Under the pieces are notes generated by a model that ran no database searches, was not told where the DNA came from, and worked only from the letters and a program-made list of their open reading frames with translations. Both the position numbers and the translations under genes were made by a program. Source: Dimorphilus gyrociliatus (taxonomy: Eukaryota > Animalia > Annelida). From it: a DNA stretch of 64,000 nt. This document shows positions 36,285-52,308 of this stretch, piece by piece. Numbering within the stretch: position 1 is the stretch's first letter; the number at the start of each line of letters is the position of its first letter. The DNA lies in NCBI GenBank assembly GCA_904063045.1, contig CAJFCJ010000011.1:310001-374000 (forward strand). Direction: 5' to 3'.

Positions 36285-39054
36285 TTATAGTTTACTAATA
36301 GAGTTTGCAGTCGCCGACCAAAGATTCATTGGAATATTCTCCAAAGCGATTCTCTTTAATAGTCTACTTGGCTTTAAAGATGGTTGATTATCTTTATAAA
36401 TCAATGGAGAAATTCGCATTTTATAATATTAAATTACTTATTCTATTCTTTCTTTTTTCAAAACTTACTAAATGATGCGTGATATTTGCAGATTTCGTCA
36501 TAAATCTTACGTGGTCCCTTCTCATCAGCATACTTCATTAAACCACCAATTTGTCTTGGAAAGTTAAAACCAAACAATCTAAGTAATATATACATTTGTG
36601 TTAGCTTTTGTTTTTTAAAGAAAAAAATCATCATTTAAGAAAGAAGAAAATAGAACATACAAAATTAAATCTATGTCTTCAGGTTTCTCAATTAGTCCGT
36701 TCTCTAGTGCCAGGAATGACTCATTTATGGAATTATATAGGTACCACTTTGCCAATTCCTACGAAGAGTGTTACATTTTTCACATAAATGGTTAATGTAT
36801 GAAAGATAATATATACCTTATGGAAAGGAACTTCTTTCATTAACCTTGTTTTTTGACATTTGTCTGTGTCGTTTGCTATGTCTAATAGTTTTTCGAGCTC
36901 TAGGTAATAACTTGACGTATTATCGGAAAATGGAGAATATTTGCAAATCATAACTTTCCTACTATCTTTATACAAATCTCTAGTTAAATCATCATTCTTT
37001 TCATATTTTCCGTTGGCATAATCGGGATATAATAAATGTTTCACTGAATTCATCTAAGTTATATGAATATATACGTTTGTACATATAGAATTTTAGAAAA
37101 TACAAGGTTTAACCCTACAAACCAGGCTATGATTGGTTGTTTGAATCGGACTTTTCAGCAATAAAGGAACCTAAGTAAGACAGGCATTGATTTTTCGTTA
37201 TTAACAAATCAACTAAGTAAACCTTATTCAAAATTTTTCCTGCTTCCAATACAGTTGATATAGCTTTTGGACACGTTTCACTGCAATATACAATTTGTAG
37301 AAGACGAGATAAATGAAAGAATTCGAATATCTGAAATCCAATAATAAATCTTTGTCTCTTTGTTAACGATGCTACCTGTAGGATAATTTTGTTATTCGAT
37401 AATAAAGATATTGATTCTTCCTCATTCACAACCTCATCTATATTTATTGCAGATAATATTGCAAATATTGCTGTCGGTTTACAAGTAGAGTCTATCTTAT
37501 ACAAAATGTCTTGAATATCCCCTTTATCATTGATAAAAACCTTTTGACGTGTAAGGATAATTCGTTAAAAGAGAATCGTTTTAAAAGTAAAAACACAAAC
37601 AATATCGCAATTTTTCAGACTATTCGTATTTTTAGTTATACTAAAGAGAGAATCAGCTGTTTGTTTGTTGATTTTTCCGTGCTTAAGCTTATCATTCAGA
37701 AAGTCTGTGATAGTTTGAACAGAGCTTTTAATTATCTGTTAATAAATGTGCAAGATGAGAAATATCGACTATTAATGCTAAAAATATCTTCTCGCCTCGT
37801 TCCTTTCGTCATATACCATTACAGAAATACTTGATTTCACAAAACCTAGAGCAATTTCAATAGCTCTTTTATTATAGCCTATAATAGCTATAGAGTTTAT
37901 TTTGTCTTCCTTTGTATTCATCCAATCAGCACCTCCAGGTATTTGCCACTGTAAAAACAAGAAATTAAATTACAAGACTCTCCTTGGAATTAGAAATCAC
38001 CTTTGACGCGGATCTTTCGATGAAATCAGAATATCTTAATCCTTTCGATTGTGATGATGAAAATAAGCGGAAAGAGATAATTCTCTCGATCATCTGTCCT
38101 TGGTCAAACGGTTTCACAGACCCGGCAACGGCTTGGATACCGTACTAGAATATTGAAAATATTCGCTTGAACATTTTAACAAAAAAAAAATACTTTCGAA
38201 GCTTTTTCATAGGGATAATCTAAGACTTTTTCGTTAGCCGACAATATTAATTCGTCTAACTTATTTCTATCGATAACTTGTCTTTTACTCGTTCTCCTCT
38301 CTTTGAGACTTTTACCCTCGACTTGTTTTGCAAATTTCTTTGCTTCCATCCACATGTCAGAATCTATTATCTTTTATAAATGAATTATTGGTTTCGTAAA
38401 AAACGATTAGAAACGAGAGTTTCACCTTATCAACAATGTTATTTTTTAAAGCTTCTTCCGCGTTAAAGAATCTTCCACTTGGGATGACATCTAGAGCGAA
38501 TCTGAGACTTGAAAGACGAGGAAATCTTTGAGTGCCTGTGGCCTGTGGTATTATTCCTAAGTTGACTTCAGGAAAGGAAAACCAAGAATTGTAATGAGAA
38601 ATTCTATAATGGCAAGAAATTGCTATTTCCAGACCACTCCCAATACAAAAATTTTCGATAGCAGCTACAATTGGTTTAGAAGAATTCTCAATTTCACTTA
38701 AGACTTCAATGAGACAAATTTGATGATCTATTAATTATGAATTGACATTTGTTATCAATTATCTTCTTTGCAATCAATTTATAGCTAATTTACCTTCATC
38801 ATATAGTTTCAGTGGCAAGTACTTATTAGTGAAAGATTTTTGACCAATTATTACAATGGACTTAACTCTAGGATCATTCTGTGCTTTTTTTATATTTCGC
38901 AATAGATTTTTGTAAATTTTACTAAAAACAAATACAATATCAAAAATTCAAAAACATTGAACAAGGAAGAAGGACCAATTTATTACCTCAATTCGTACTC
39001 TTCATTTTTTATCAATATCGTTGCCAGTGAATCTTCTACAAGATATTCTGTCAT
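36285..39054 (-). CDS. EHHADH: Peroxisomal bifunctional enzyme paralogue 2, catalytically degenerate
   Basis: Colinear exons with paralogue 1; GSGLEIA, FPEVNLGIIPQATGTQRFPRL and C-terminal SKL* are kept, but the dehydrogenase motifs are altered. Confidence 0.8.
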
Positions 39055-39323
39055 TTTAATAGGATGTTTTTGATGAGCTCTACTTTTTGTTCTTTAGGAC
39101 ATAAATACTAACACAAATTGGTCTAAAGGTCAAAAAATATTTTAGCCATTACACTAAACTGTTAGAGACGGCGCCACTGTTACTCGCTTGTGTAAGTTTA
39201 AGTTGAAGATAGATAGAGATTAATAATATTCGAATGTCTTCTAAACCCAACTATACTTTATTGTGTATTTATAAACAACTTTTACTTTGACACATTAACA
39301 AAATAAATAAACTGACTTAAAAT

Positions 39324-42445
<3,122 letters not shown>

Positions 42446-42900
42446 TGTATTAGTTGAATAACGAATAAAATTTCGAACTAGTTTAAACGTTGTAAAAATT
42501 TATTACTCTTCTCTCGAGATTACCTCGAAATTAACTTTAAAATAAGTAAATATACTTTATTGGGGTATACCAGTTAAAATTGAAAGAGATTCTCTGCTAA
42601 CTTTGTAAATTTAAATTTTTTCTTATCTTTGTCATTATATTAATGATTCTCCAAATAAAAAAAATTCCTTTGATTTATTTCAGTATTTTTTAATTTTTCA
42701 AGTAAAGTGAAAATGAAGGCTCCCTTCAAGTATGTAACTACAGACGCGGTTAAATTTGTTTTTAGAGTTTGAAGTAATAATCGAAAGAAAATCGGGATTG
42801 AGAGAATTGATTGGCCTTAAATGTCTTCTAAAGATTTAAAAACTATTATACCCGAATAACTAATAAATTATCTCAACGAAATTTTCTAAAAATTGGAAAT

Positions 42901-45674
42901 ATGCCGGGATTGGACGAGTGTTCTTTATTTTCGTTAGAGATTGTTATCGACAAACTTAAACTAAGTAATTTAAAATGTCTTTTTCCAACGGTTGCCTTTC
43001 GTCTTTTGGACTTCCCAACACTTTTGATTAAACATGTGGAGGATTCACTTGATAAACAAATTAAGGCAAAAATCAAACGTGATACTACCTATAAGGTGAA
43101 GGATTGTTAGGTGCAAGTTAGAAAAATTAAACTTATTAATAGTTTTATTTCGAATAGATACCAAACCAATTCAGCGAATTGAAGAACAAGGATGGCTACT
43201 TTGTTTTTTCTAAAGGAAAATCAACCTTGTTTAAAGTATCTTTAAATGAGTTATTGCATCATTTAAACAACACACCATTGTATATAATGATCATGGATTC
43301 TTTTGCTGATAAACCTCGACTCGTAGCTAATTGTCTTATACCACTTGATGTTACCATGAATAATCTATATCTTGAAATTAAGAAAAATGGATTATCTGTG
43401 CCTTGTGTGAAAAGTCTCAAGGGAACATTTAAGATTTATAATCTTATGGGCAGTGAAATTGGAGAAATTCACTTAGCCTATCGAATTTCAAGTCTTGGAT
43501 TCACTTTAATGGCTCATCTACCGGAGAAAACTATTCACAAAGTTGAAATGCCCATTGTTAAAGAAAATTTAGAGAAAGTCAATATATCAATTCCCACTAA
43601 GGGAGCACAAGAAGAGGTTTGCATAATCAAATCTTTTTCCGTTTTGTACTCTTTAAATATATAAGAAAATAAATTCGTAAATTAAGAAAATTTACTCAAC
43701 AGCTATTACAAAGGATTAGAGAGGATAAAGAAAGGTTTACTCAGACAGACACTGAAATTCCCGAGATCAAAGAGCAATCTACCCAAATAGAAGATTTTGT
43801 TCCTAGGATGGATGCATTCGTTCAGACAGAAATGAGAAAGAAAAGATATGGATCTAAGCGAACTGAGAACATAATTGAAAATGAAGCTGATCATGAAAGC
43901 CATCTGATAGTGCCAAATATTCTTTGTCCGCCTCCTCTATTCTATAATAGTGAACTAGAAAAAACACCAAAATTTGATCATAGCCTACCTTCTGGATGCA
44001 TACCGGCGTGGTGTGAATCAGAAACGGAATCAATTCGAGAAGAAGATAGATATAGTGACGTTGATTCTAAAGAATTTGATGAAATGCTAATAAGACATAA
44101 AGCAAAAGTAAGGAAAGATGAAGATAAAAGAGTAACCGTAGTTAAGTCTTATCCAGGTGAGAAGGTTGTCGTTATGGATAAGAGTGAAAATGAGTCTTTA
44201 AAGAAATTCTTTAATCGATTCCCAATGCTAAATGAATTGGTTAGAGAACTTACATCATTAAGCAAGTGAGTTTTTATCTATTTTTTATGAGTACAAAATC
44301 AATTTGTATTATCCACATCTACAGATTACAAGGATCAAAAGAAGGGAAAACTGAATCTCCGTTCACAGCTCAACCAGAAAAACGGGATAGCAGACAATCG
44401 TTCATAGATCGTCTATCAACTCCTAAGAAAAGCGTTAGCATTCATGACGTAGTTCAGGCTAAGTCGTTTCGTCGTCCTTGTAAAGAAATAGTCGAAGAAA
44501 AAAAAAAAGTAAGGGTTAAACCATCCGAAAAAGAAAGCGTGCAAAAGAAAAAACGTACTGGTAAGCCCGAATATGGCATGACACATACGCAGCGTCTTCG
44601 TCTGGCTGAAAGAAACCCCAAACTCTTAGAGGCTCTAGAATGCGAGGAAAGAAAACGACTACTTCAATTTCAATCAACTTATAAAAAAACTATACCGATA
44701 GAACCAAAATTGGGGAAAGAGAGGTTTAAATTACCTGCCGAAAGAAACGATATACCTACGCCTCGACCAAGAAAATCATCAACAATGTCAGACATCAGCT
44801 TTCGCAAGCCTATTCCAACTCCACGCCAGAGTATTATTCACAAAATAGATACGAGCGAACTTGCCGAGGAATATCGCATAAAATTAGAGAGGGAGTCATC
44901 AAGTTCATATATGACAGCTACAAGCGATCCTTATTCCCGTAAGTCATCGTCGATTTTGCATTATAATGTCTATAGAGACCAATTTCAGATACAGAAACCT
45001 TTTTGCCAACTCAAGAAGACAGCAAAGAAAGAGAGTTTGCAAATGGACAAAATGAAGAAGAATATTATTATACAGATGAAGGTGACTTTTCTGGTGAAGA
45101 AGAAGAAGAATATCACTATAAAGGTGATAAAGCTGACTTTGGAGCAACAAGAATTATAAAACCAGCAATATCTTTTGAGCCGAATTTGGACGATACTGAA
45201 TCAGTCAGAGAATACTCTCCAAGGAGAAATGTGATAAGAAATTCAGATGACGATGACCGTACGAGACTGACAGACAAAACTCAAAAGAGTTTGGAACCAT
45301 TAAAGAGTTCAATATCTCCAGAAGTTCAAGACGATAAAACAGAGAGGACTTTGCCACCAACAAGAGCAGTTGTTGGTAACACGCCCACTCCATCAGAGTC
45401 GAGGACACCTTCGCCTAGATTAGCAAAATATCAAGGGGGATCAGTCGAGAGTTCCGTTGAAGAGTCAAGTGAATACCGTCCCAAATCTCCCCGAAGACCT
45501 AGAATTTCAAGACTCGAAAGTGTACATACAGAATCTGTAAGCTCATATTGCCCCAGTGACGACGAAATGAGTGATTTAGACGACGAAAGTCTAGCACTAA
45601 ACATAAAGCCTATTAGTGAACTTAGGCCTAGTGATCAAGCGAAGAAAAAGCTAGGATATACCTGGGGAGTCTGA
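42901..45674 (+). CDS. MAP10: Microtubule-associated protein 10 (KIAA1383)-like, multi-exon
   Basis: LFSLEIVID...VAFRLLDFPTLLI and FSKGKSTLF N-terminal signature; long Ser/Glu-rich tail joined by short introns (e.g. 44939-44988). Confidence 0.75.
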
Positions 45675-46104
45675 TTTTATTAAAATATACATAGACTTGC
45701 AGATATTTATAAAATAGCTTATTAAAACTGATCGTTTTATTTTGGTACTAATACATAAGACCAAATTGTTTATTTATTTATTTGTTTATCTAAAAATATA
45801 ACGATTTTAAATTATTATTTGCAAGCGTTTATTAGTTTACAAACAACATTTAGCTGTTTAAGAGAATAACAATTTGCCTATAAGACAAAATATTTAGATA
45901 TAACCAAAAAATAAGCAGTTTTATTTATATGGTGATAGGCGAAAAGGGGAGTGTAAACTTCTAGATAAGAAAATACTACATGTCTCTTTTTTAAAGATAT
46001 TTTTGGTACTTTACAGCCAAACCATTTCAGCATAAAGTCTCAATGGATTAATAGATATTTTTCATCAGAAAACTTTACACGATCTATCATCAAGAGACCT
46101 ACAA

Positions 46105-48119
46105 ATGGCAGAAGAAACCAAAAATCGGTGAGTTCCTTTAATTAGAGTAGTTTAAAAATCTCTTTATGTGCACTTGTTACTGACAGAATTAATAATTCGC
46201 AAATTTTAAAAATCTTAAAAAATGTTGGTCCTCATCAATGGCCTATTGTTTTCTCACCGGAGTACAATATTAGCTTTTTTGGTATGGAAAAGGTTCATCC
46301 ATTCGACGCGGGAAAATGGGGGAGAATATTCGATTTTTTGAAAGGTTTTTTTTAATCATTAATCTTCGCTATTCAATAAAATGCATTTAAATTGTTTTGA
46401 ATTCAACCTCAGAGGCTTCAATGTTGTCAAATGATGATATTGTACAACCATGTGAAGCTAGTGAAAGTGATTTACTGGTTGTTCATACAAAAAGTTATTT
46501 GAACTCGCTGAAGGCAAGTACTTATATATATATATATATGTGCTATGTGCTATATATAAAAAATAAAACAACCCAACTAGCAATTTTAATCCCACATGAA
46601 ATATACACTTTCCAAACCTACTTAATATCTCGGAAAGAGGTTGTAAATACTAATAAAAGCTTTAGGTACCTACCTGCATCCCCATCCTTCTTTACGCTTT
46701 AACTGCTTCGTAGTACGTAAAAGATCTTGATTGCCAATACCTATAATTAAATTGACTGCAAAAATATTAATAGATTTGATTAACGAAAATCTTTCACACA
46801 CTTAACCAGGTTTACAGACAATTAGCAAATGTTCTGTTCAATGAGGTTGATAGAGAAAACATTGTTCGACTAGAACATAAATATTTGTTTGATAAAGTTG
46901 TAGGTAAATAAAAGTTGTTTTTCCTTTTTCAGTGGTCCTTCAAAGTTGCATCTGTGACAGAAATTCCCCCTGTTGCTTTAGTTCCTAATTTTATCGTTCA
47001 ACGAAAGGTTATGAAACCACTAAGATATCAGACTGCGGGAACTATTCTGGTAATTATTTCCTATAAGAGCAGAAAAAAATTGTTAGTAGGCTTCCAATTG
47101 ATTTTTTACCGTCTTAAACGTATCTTCCAGGCTGCTCAATTAGCAATCAAGCGTGGTTGGGCGATAAATATCGGCGGGGGATTTCATCATTGTTCACACG
47201 ATAAAGGCGGTGGATTCTGTGCTTATGCCGATATCACATTAGCAATCAGATTCTTACAATCTACTTTTCCTGATCATTGCAAACGAATCTTAATTGTCGA
47301 CCTAGACGCCCATCAAGGAAACGGTCACGAAAGAGATTTTTTAAGTGAAGGCGAATGTGTAAAAATTTTAGATGTATATAATCGAAATATTTATCCTTTC
47401 GACGGCTATGCTAAAAGTATGCTAAAAGGCGTCTAATTGATTACCTATAATGCTTTATTTATTTTATACTCAGGAGGAATATCTTGGAAAGTTGAACTTC
47501 CTTCTTATACAAAGGATGATACTTACTTAAACATAATTGACAAGTAATTAGTCTTCTAAAAAAAAAACAACAGCCTTTAATTTAAATTACGTTTTTTTTA
47601 ATGTTAACTGACGTTTCTTAATGGTTTCTTCGAAAAAAGGTACGTGAAAATTGCCTTGAACAAATTTCAACCCAATTTTATACTATATAACGCCGGGACT
47701 GACGTTCTAACTGGAGATCCTCTTGGATGTCTAGATATTACAGCAGATGTAAGATTCAGCATATAATCTTTAGAATATCCATGATTATTGTATTTTATAT
47801 CATAAAACATTCAGGGTATTATCTCTAGAGATCAGATTGTTTTCACGGAAGCTAGAAAGGAAAATATTCCTATATTAATGGTCACTAGCGGAGGATATCA
47901 AAGATCAACAGCTACTATAATTGCGGAGAGTATATTAAATTTACGAAAACTAAACTTAATTGGCCTATCAGGTAAGAATATACACGAGAACATTATTCCA
48001 TTAATACTATACTACTATTATATTGCGTTTGTTTTCCCTTCTCAGGTGAAGAGACGCCTCGGCACGATGAGAATATTCAAGCTCAATTAGGCAATGAAAA
48101 TGCACCATTAACCGTTTAG
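46105..48119 (+). CDS. HDAC11: Histone deacetylase 11 (class IV), multi-exon
   Basis: WPIVFSPEYNISFFGMEKVHPFDAGKWG, GGGFHH, GGFC, DLDAHQGNG, YNAGTD, TSGGY. Confidence 0.95.
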
Positions 48120-48415
48120 ACTTGTCTAATTTAATATTTCAATTTCATTTGTAGAGTTTACTTTCTGTAAACTTTAACAAAATCATGCTAGAAATAATTT
48201 TGTGCTTTATTTTAACTGCATTTTCTGAAAAGAGCGCTAAACAGTGAATTTGATATTTGTAGAGTACTTGAAATATTTAAAAGATACAATAATAAAAATA
48301 ATAAAGACTTTACAATTATGCAATGAAAGTTACACGTATTTATTTTACTACTCGTACAAATAGAAAGAATAAAACGAATAGTTCATTTTTTAGCAATGAT
48401 TATGCTATGAAATAT

Positions 48416-51400
48416 TTATACAATTGAATGAGTACAAGATTCATTAACTTCGGCTATAGTACCGTCATTTTTCATTTTAGTTAATGTTTGATATTCAGGA
48501 CAATCGTAATTGTTGCTTCCTCTTCCCGGTCTGGGAGGAGGAGGACCGACTGTTCGAACCTTTTTGGCTGGACTAAAGAAAACGTCACCGTTAGCTTTGA
48601 CTGTCGTATCGACCGTGGAGCGCTTTTGGTATTGAGATGTTGAAGTAGATACGAAGCAGTAACTTGGTGGTTGCTCGTACCCGGTACCAGCTTTAATTGG
48701 ACTTCTATCCGGTTTTTTATTTAATTTCCCATTTCTTAAATTGGATTTCATCTTCCTATTTTGTCTAGCCCTGAAGGTGGCGATAGATATTGTAAAGACT
48801 ATAAAAATAACAGCTCCCCCTGCAAGTAGGCAATATAGTAATGTATTGCACCCATCTTCATCACTATTATCATCTAAGCCACAATGAATCACTCCATTGC
48901 AGCGAAGTGACTTGTCAATACAGTAGTAACTTTTAGGGTAAGTACAGAGTATATCTCCAGGTGTGCATAGTTCTACCCCCTTGCACAGAAATCCATCACA
49001 TTTATTCTCATTGTAATCAGTAATTTGTGACTTGACTCCTGTCCAAACTATTTTGAAACCTTTTATGGGTTCATTGTGCTGTACTTTTGACCCATTAATG
49101 AAAAGCCTGTAGAGGAGAAAAATAGTTTTAATAATACTCTGGCAAAGTTTGCACTTTCATTTTCTTATCTTATCTAATATACAAGACGTAATGTATAATT
49201 CAAAGTACATATAATAAGATTAATAGTGTAAGTAATGTGAAAGTAGGCTAATTACATTAATATTTTGATACTTATATTTGTATACAAAACCCCTGAATAC
49301 CAAAAATTATTACATAAAAAAGGGAATGAGAGATTATTAAGAAGCAATTCAAAAAAAGCAAAGCAGTCATCAGTCTAAAAGGCCATATGATAATGCACAA
49401 TTTGAGCTTGCGTCATAAACAGCCCACGGGATGTTACCACGTCCTCTTTTTAAAGGGCTGCCGCCTCATCAGAACTATTGATCATTTTCCCTTCCTGCTC
49501 ATATTCTTCCCTCATTCTGCTCTCTGCCTCCTATCCATATTCAACTTAAAAAACTATTTCAGTTCATACTCTCTTAATTTTTTCATGAAAGACTATTCCT
49601 TTAGAAGTCTACAAAGAATCACTGTAAGATATCACTCATTCCTTACTGTTATAAAGTCCTTTTTCCCTCTAGGCCTATTCTCGACAAAATAAACAAACCT
49701 AACATAAGCCCGTCCGGTTCTCGTTCGAATCTCCTTTATGTCTTTTTTCTTATCGCAGAGACGCTTTCGACTATCTTTTAACATCAGTCCTTCGTCATAG
49801 ATATCAATATAGGCTTCCAAACAACGATAATTTCCAAAATCGATATCCACCACGTTCAATAGTATTTGATGATTTTTCTCTGCTATTATCTTCCACATAC
49901 ATTCTAATGTTTTAAAGCTACTTTGCTCCGGATAAAATGGTGATGTTATTACACCTCCTCCACCAACTTTGACAGCTTTACTGCATATTTCGTCGTGTTT
50001 ATATTTAGAAGAAACTGTTTGCGGATTAAAAAAATATAATTGCTTTATATCTAAAAATTAATTATCTTGTAATGCAAAAAAATTAAGTTAAAGGGTGTGT
50101 TATGTTGATAAAAAATCATCACGTGACCATATCGTGACAATTAAATTAGTTTGGTATTTTATTTAGGGTATTAACTCGGAGTAAAAAAGGGTTTATAACG
50201 ATAAATGAGCGACATATTTTACCAGGGAAGAAAGTATGGAATAGGAAGCAGAATGATTTCCTAATGTGACATTAATTGAGACCTACCAGGCTATTTTAGT
50301 TTTTGATAATAAAAAAAAGTAGAGAGCTATGTAATTGTGCTCTTCGCTCTTAAGAGTCATGCTATAAGACAAAGAAATTCACCTCATTCGAATAACCCCT
50401 TTTAACCTAATGGCATTATTATTAATACGATTTTTGGATATGATTAAAAAATACCTAGAGATATAGGAAGAGAAAGTAGAAGATAAGAGGGAAAACATAT
50501 ACATTTTCATACTTTTTATCACGTTAAAGAAAGATAAATAACATTTAAACTAAAATTCTCCAATCTTCCCAAGACGTTACTAATACAACTTATTAGAGAC
50601 ATTTATTATCGTTTAATGGCGCTCTTTTAGAGCCTTTATATACAGTCATTAACGAGGAGAAAATTTTCAGTCTACATGCTCCGTCTCTCACTCTCTCTCT
50701 AATGTTCTCCTTTTTATTTCGCCTAAGTAAACAACTTTACTAAAGAATATTTATAAAAAGAAAGTTGTACTCGACTTACCTTCATGCTCATTAACGAATT
50801 TGAATGTACCGTTGAAGCCTGAGTATGTCTTTAAAATAGTTGTTTTAAATCGAATCCTTAAAATTCTTGTGGAAGAATGTAAATATTCTTTTTGACCTTG
50901 TTTACCGCAGAAACGTTGAATATGATTTGAGTAATTTCTCGTATCGACGTTAAATAAATCAACAGCGTCATTAAAGCATCTGTAAGAAGGCAAAACAGAA
51001 TAAACTCAAATACTTTCTTTATCTATTCTAGTGTTGTAATATAAAGACTATTCGATTTTATTCCCCCTTTTCTTCGACTTCTTTTACCTTCTATATATAA
51101 ATAAAGGAATGAATGATAAGTTCAATAGAATTTTCTCAAGAACTTTATGCTTAGTCGATTACATTACTCTCGAATATTTACACTTATTCGCTGAATAGAT
51201 ACGATTATACTGTATTTTTTTCAGAAAATCTCTAAAACTCTATTTAGTACGTTATAGCATTGAAGATTATACTAATAAGGCAGTTATTTATCTTTATACT
51301 AGATGAATGCTTTTGAAAAAAAGGCGGCTATTCATCTATATGTTCTATGTATGCTTTTAAAAAATGCACGAAAAAGTTATTCCGCCCTAAATCTGGGACA

Positions 51401-52308
51401 CAATTTAAAAAGCATTCTTCATCATTAGCCTCACTACTCTAAACTATCTTCCAGTATATTCCAGAGTGAAATTATGCATGAGGTAGTAAAAAAAAAGGAA
51501 AATTACTTTATATCCTACTCTTTCTACCAATCAAAAGAAATAGCGAGAAAAAGACATTTAAATAGAACAAAAAAAGAACTAACAACTATAAATACTTTCA
51601 TTCAATATTTTGAAAAATATTAGGAAAAGGGGAATTAGGAAGTAGACTAAACTCAATTACTTTAATCCACTTTAATTGAATAATGAGGAATGATCCTATT
51701 AATGATTTAGTTGTCTTGGGGAATACGAATACTCTTCCTTTTCCATTTATAAAACTTACTGTTTTGCATTGGGTTCTTCGATCTCGAAATGATCGAAGGT
51801 AATAAGCACTTTTTGATCTGGTTTCCCAATAAATAGAAAATTACAGCAATAATTGTTGGGATAATTTTCCTTTGGAAAGGTCGGATGTGATTTAAAGGTT
51901 CCACTCAGTTGCTGTCTGCTATCGAATTTGTTTCGAAATTTCGGCGGACAGTCACAGCTACTAAGGACAGTATGTAAAGCTGAAATGAAAGAGAAATAAT
52001 AAATTAAATAATAGAATAGAAAGGAAACCATAGTAGAGGTAAATTAATTAAGATACAAACGTATATTATAACTGACTTTTTACATAAAGCAAAACATCTA
52101 CCATTAGTTAAGACGTTTACTTAAAGATTAATTGATATTTTATATAGATTTAGTAAATTTTGTAATTTAAAACTAGTAGTCTATTAGTCAAACTCTTACT
52201 ACAAACACATCAATATTATTCTCTTACAAACTATATAGTATATGTTTGTTTGTAGAATTTTAAACAATACATACCTCCAAAAAATTTAATAACTAAGATG
52301 ACAAACAT
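48416..52308 (-). CDS. CUB-CUB-LDLa single-pass membrane protein (Neto/SOL-2-like architecture), multi-exon
   Basis: Signal exon MFVILVIKFFG (52308) splices to ALHTVLSSCDC. Two CUB domains, LDLa CIDKSLRCNGVIHCGLDDNSDEDGC, a TM helix, and tail ending HSIV*. Confidence 0.8.

Noticed and set aside
44939-45003. Apparent frameshift between overlapping ORFs 44266-45159 and 45003-45674
   Set aside because: Explained by a 50-nt GT-AG intron (44939-44988) that restores the frame.
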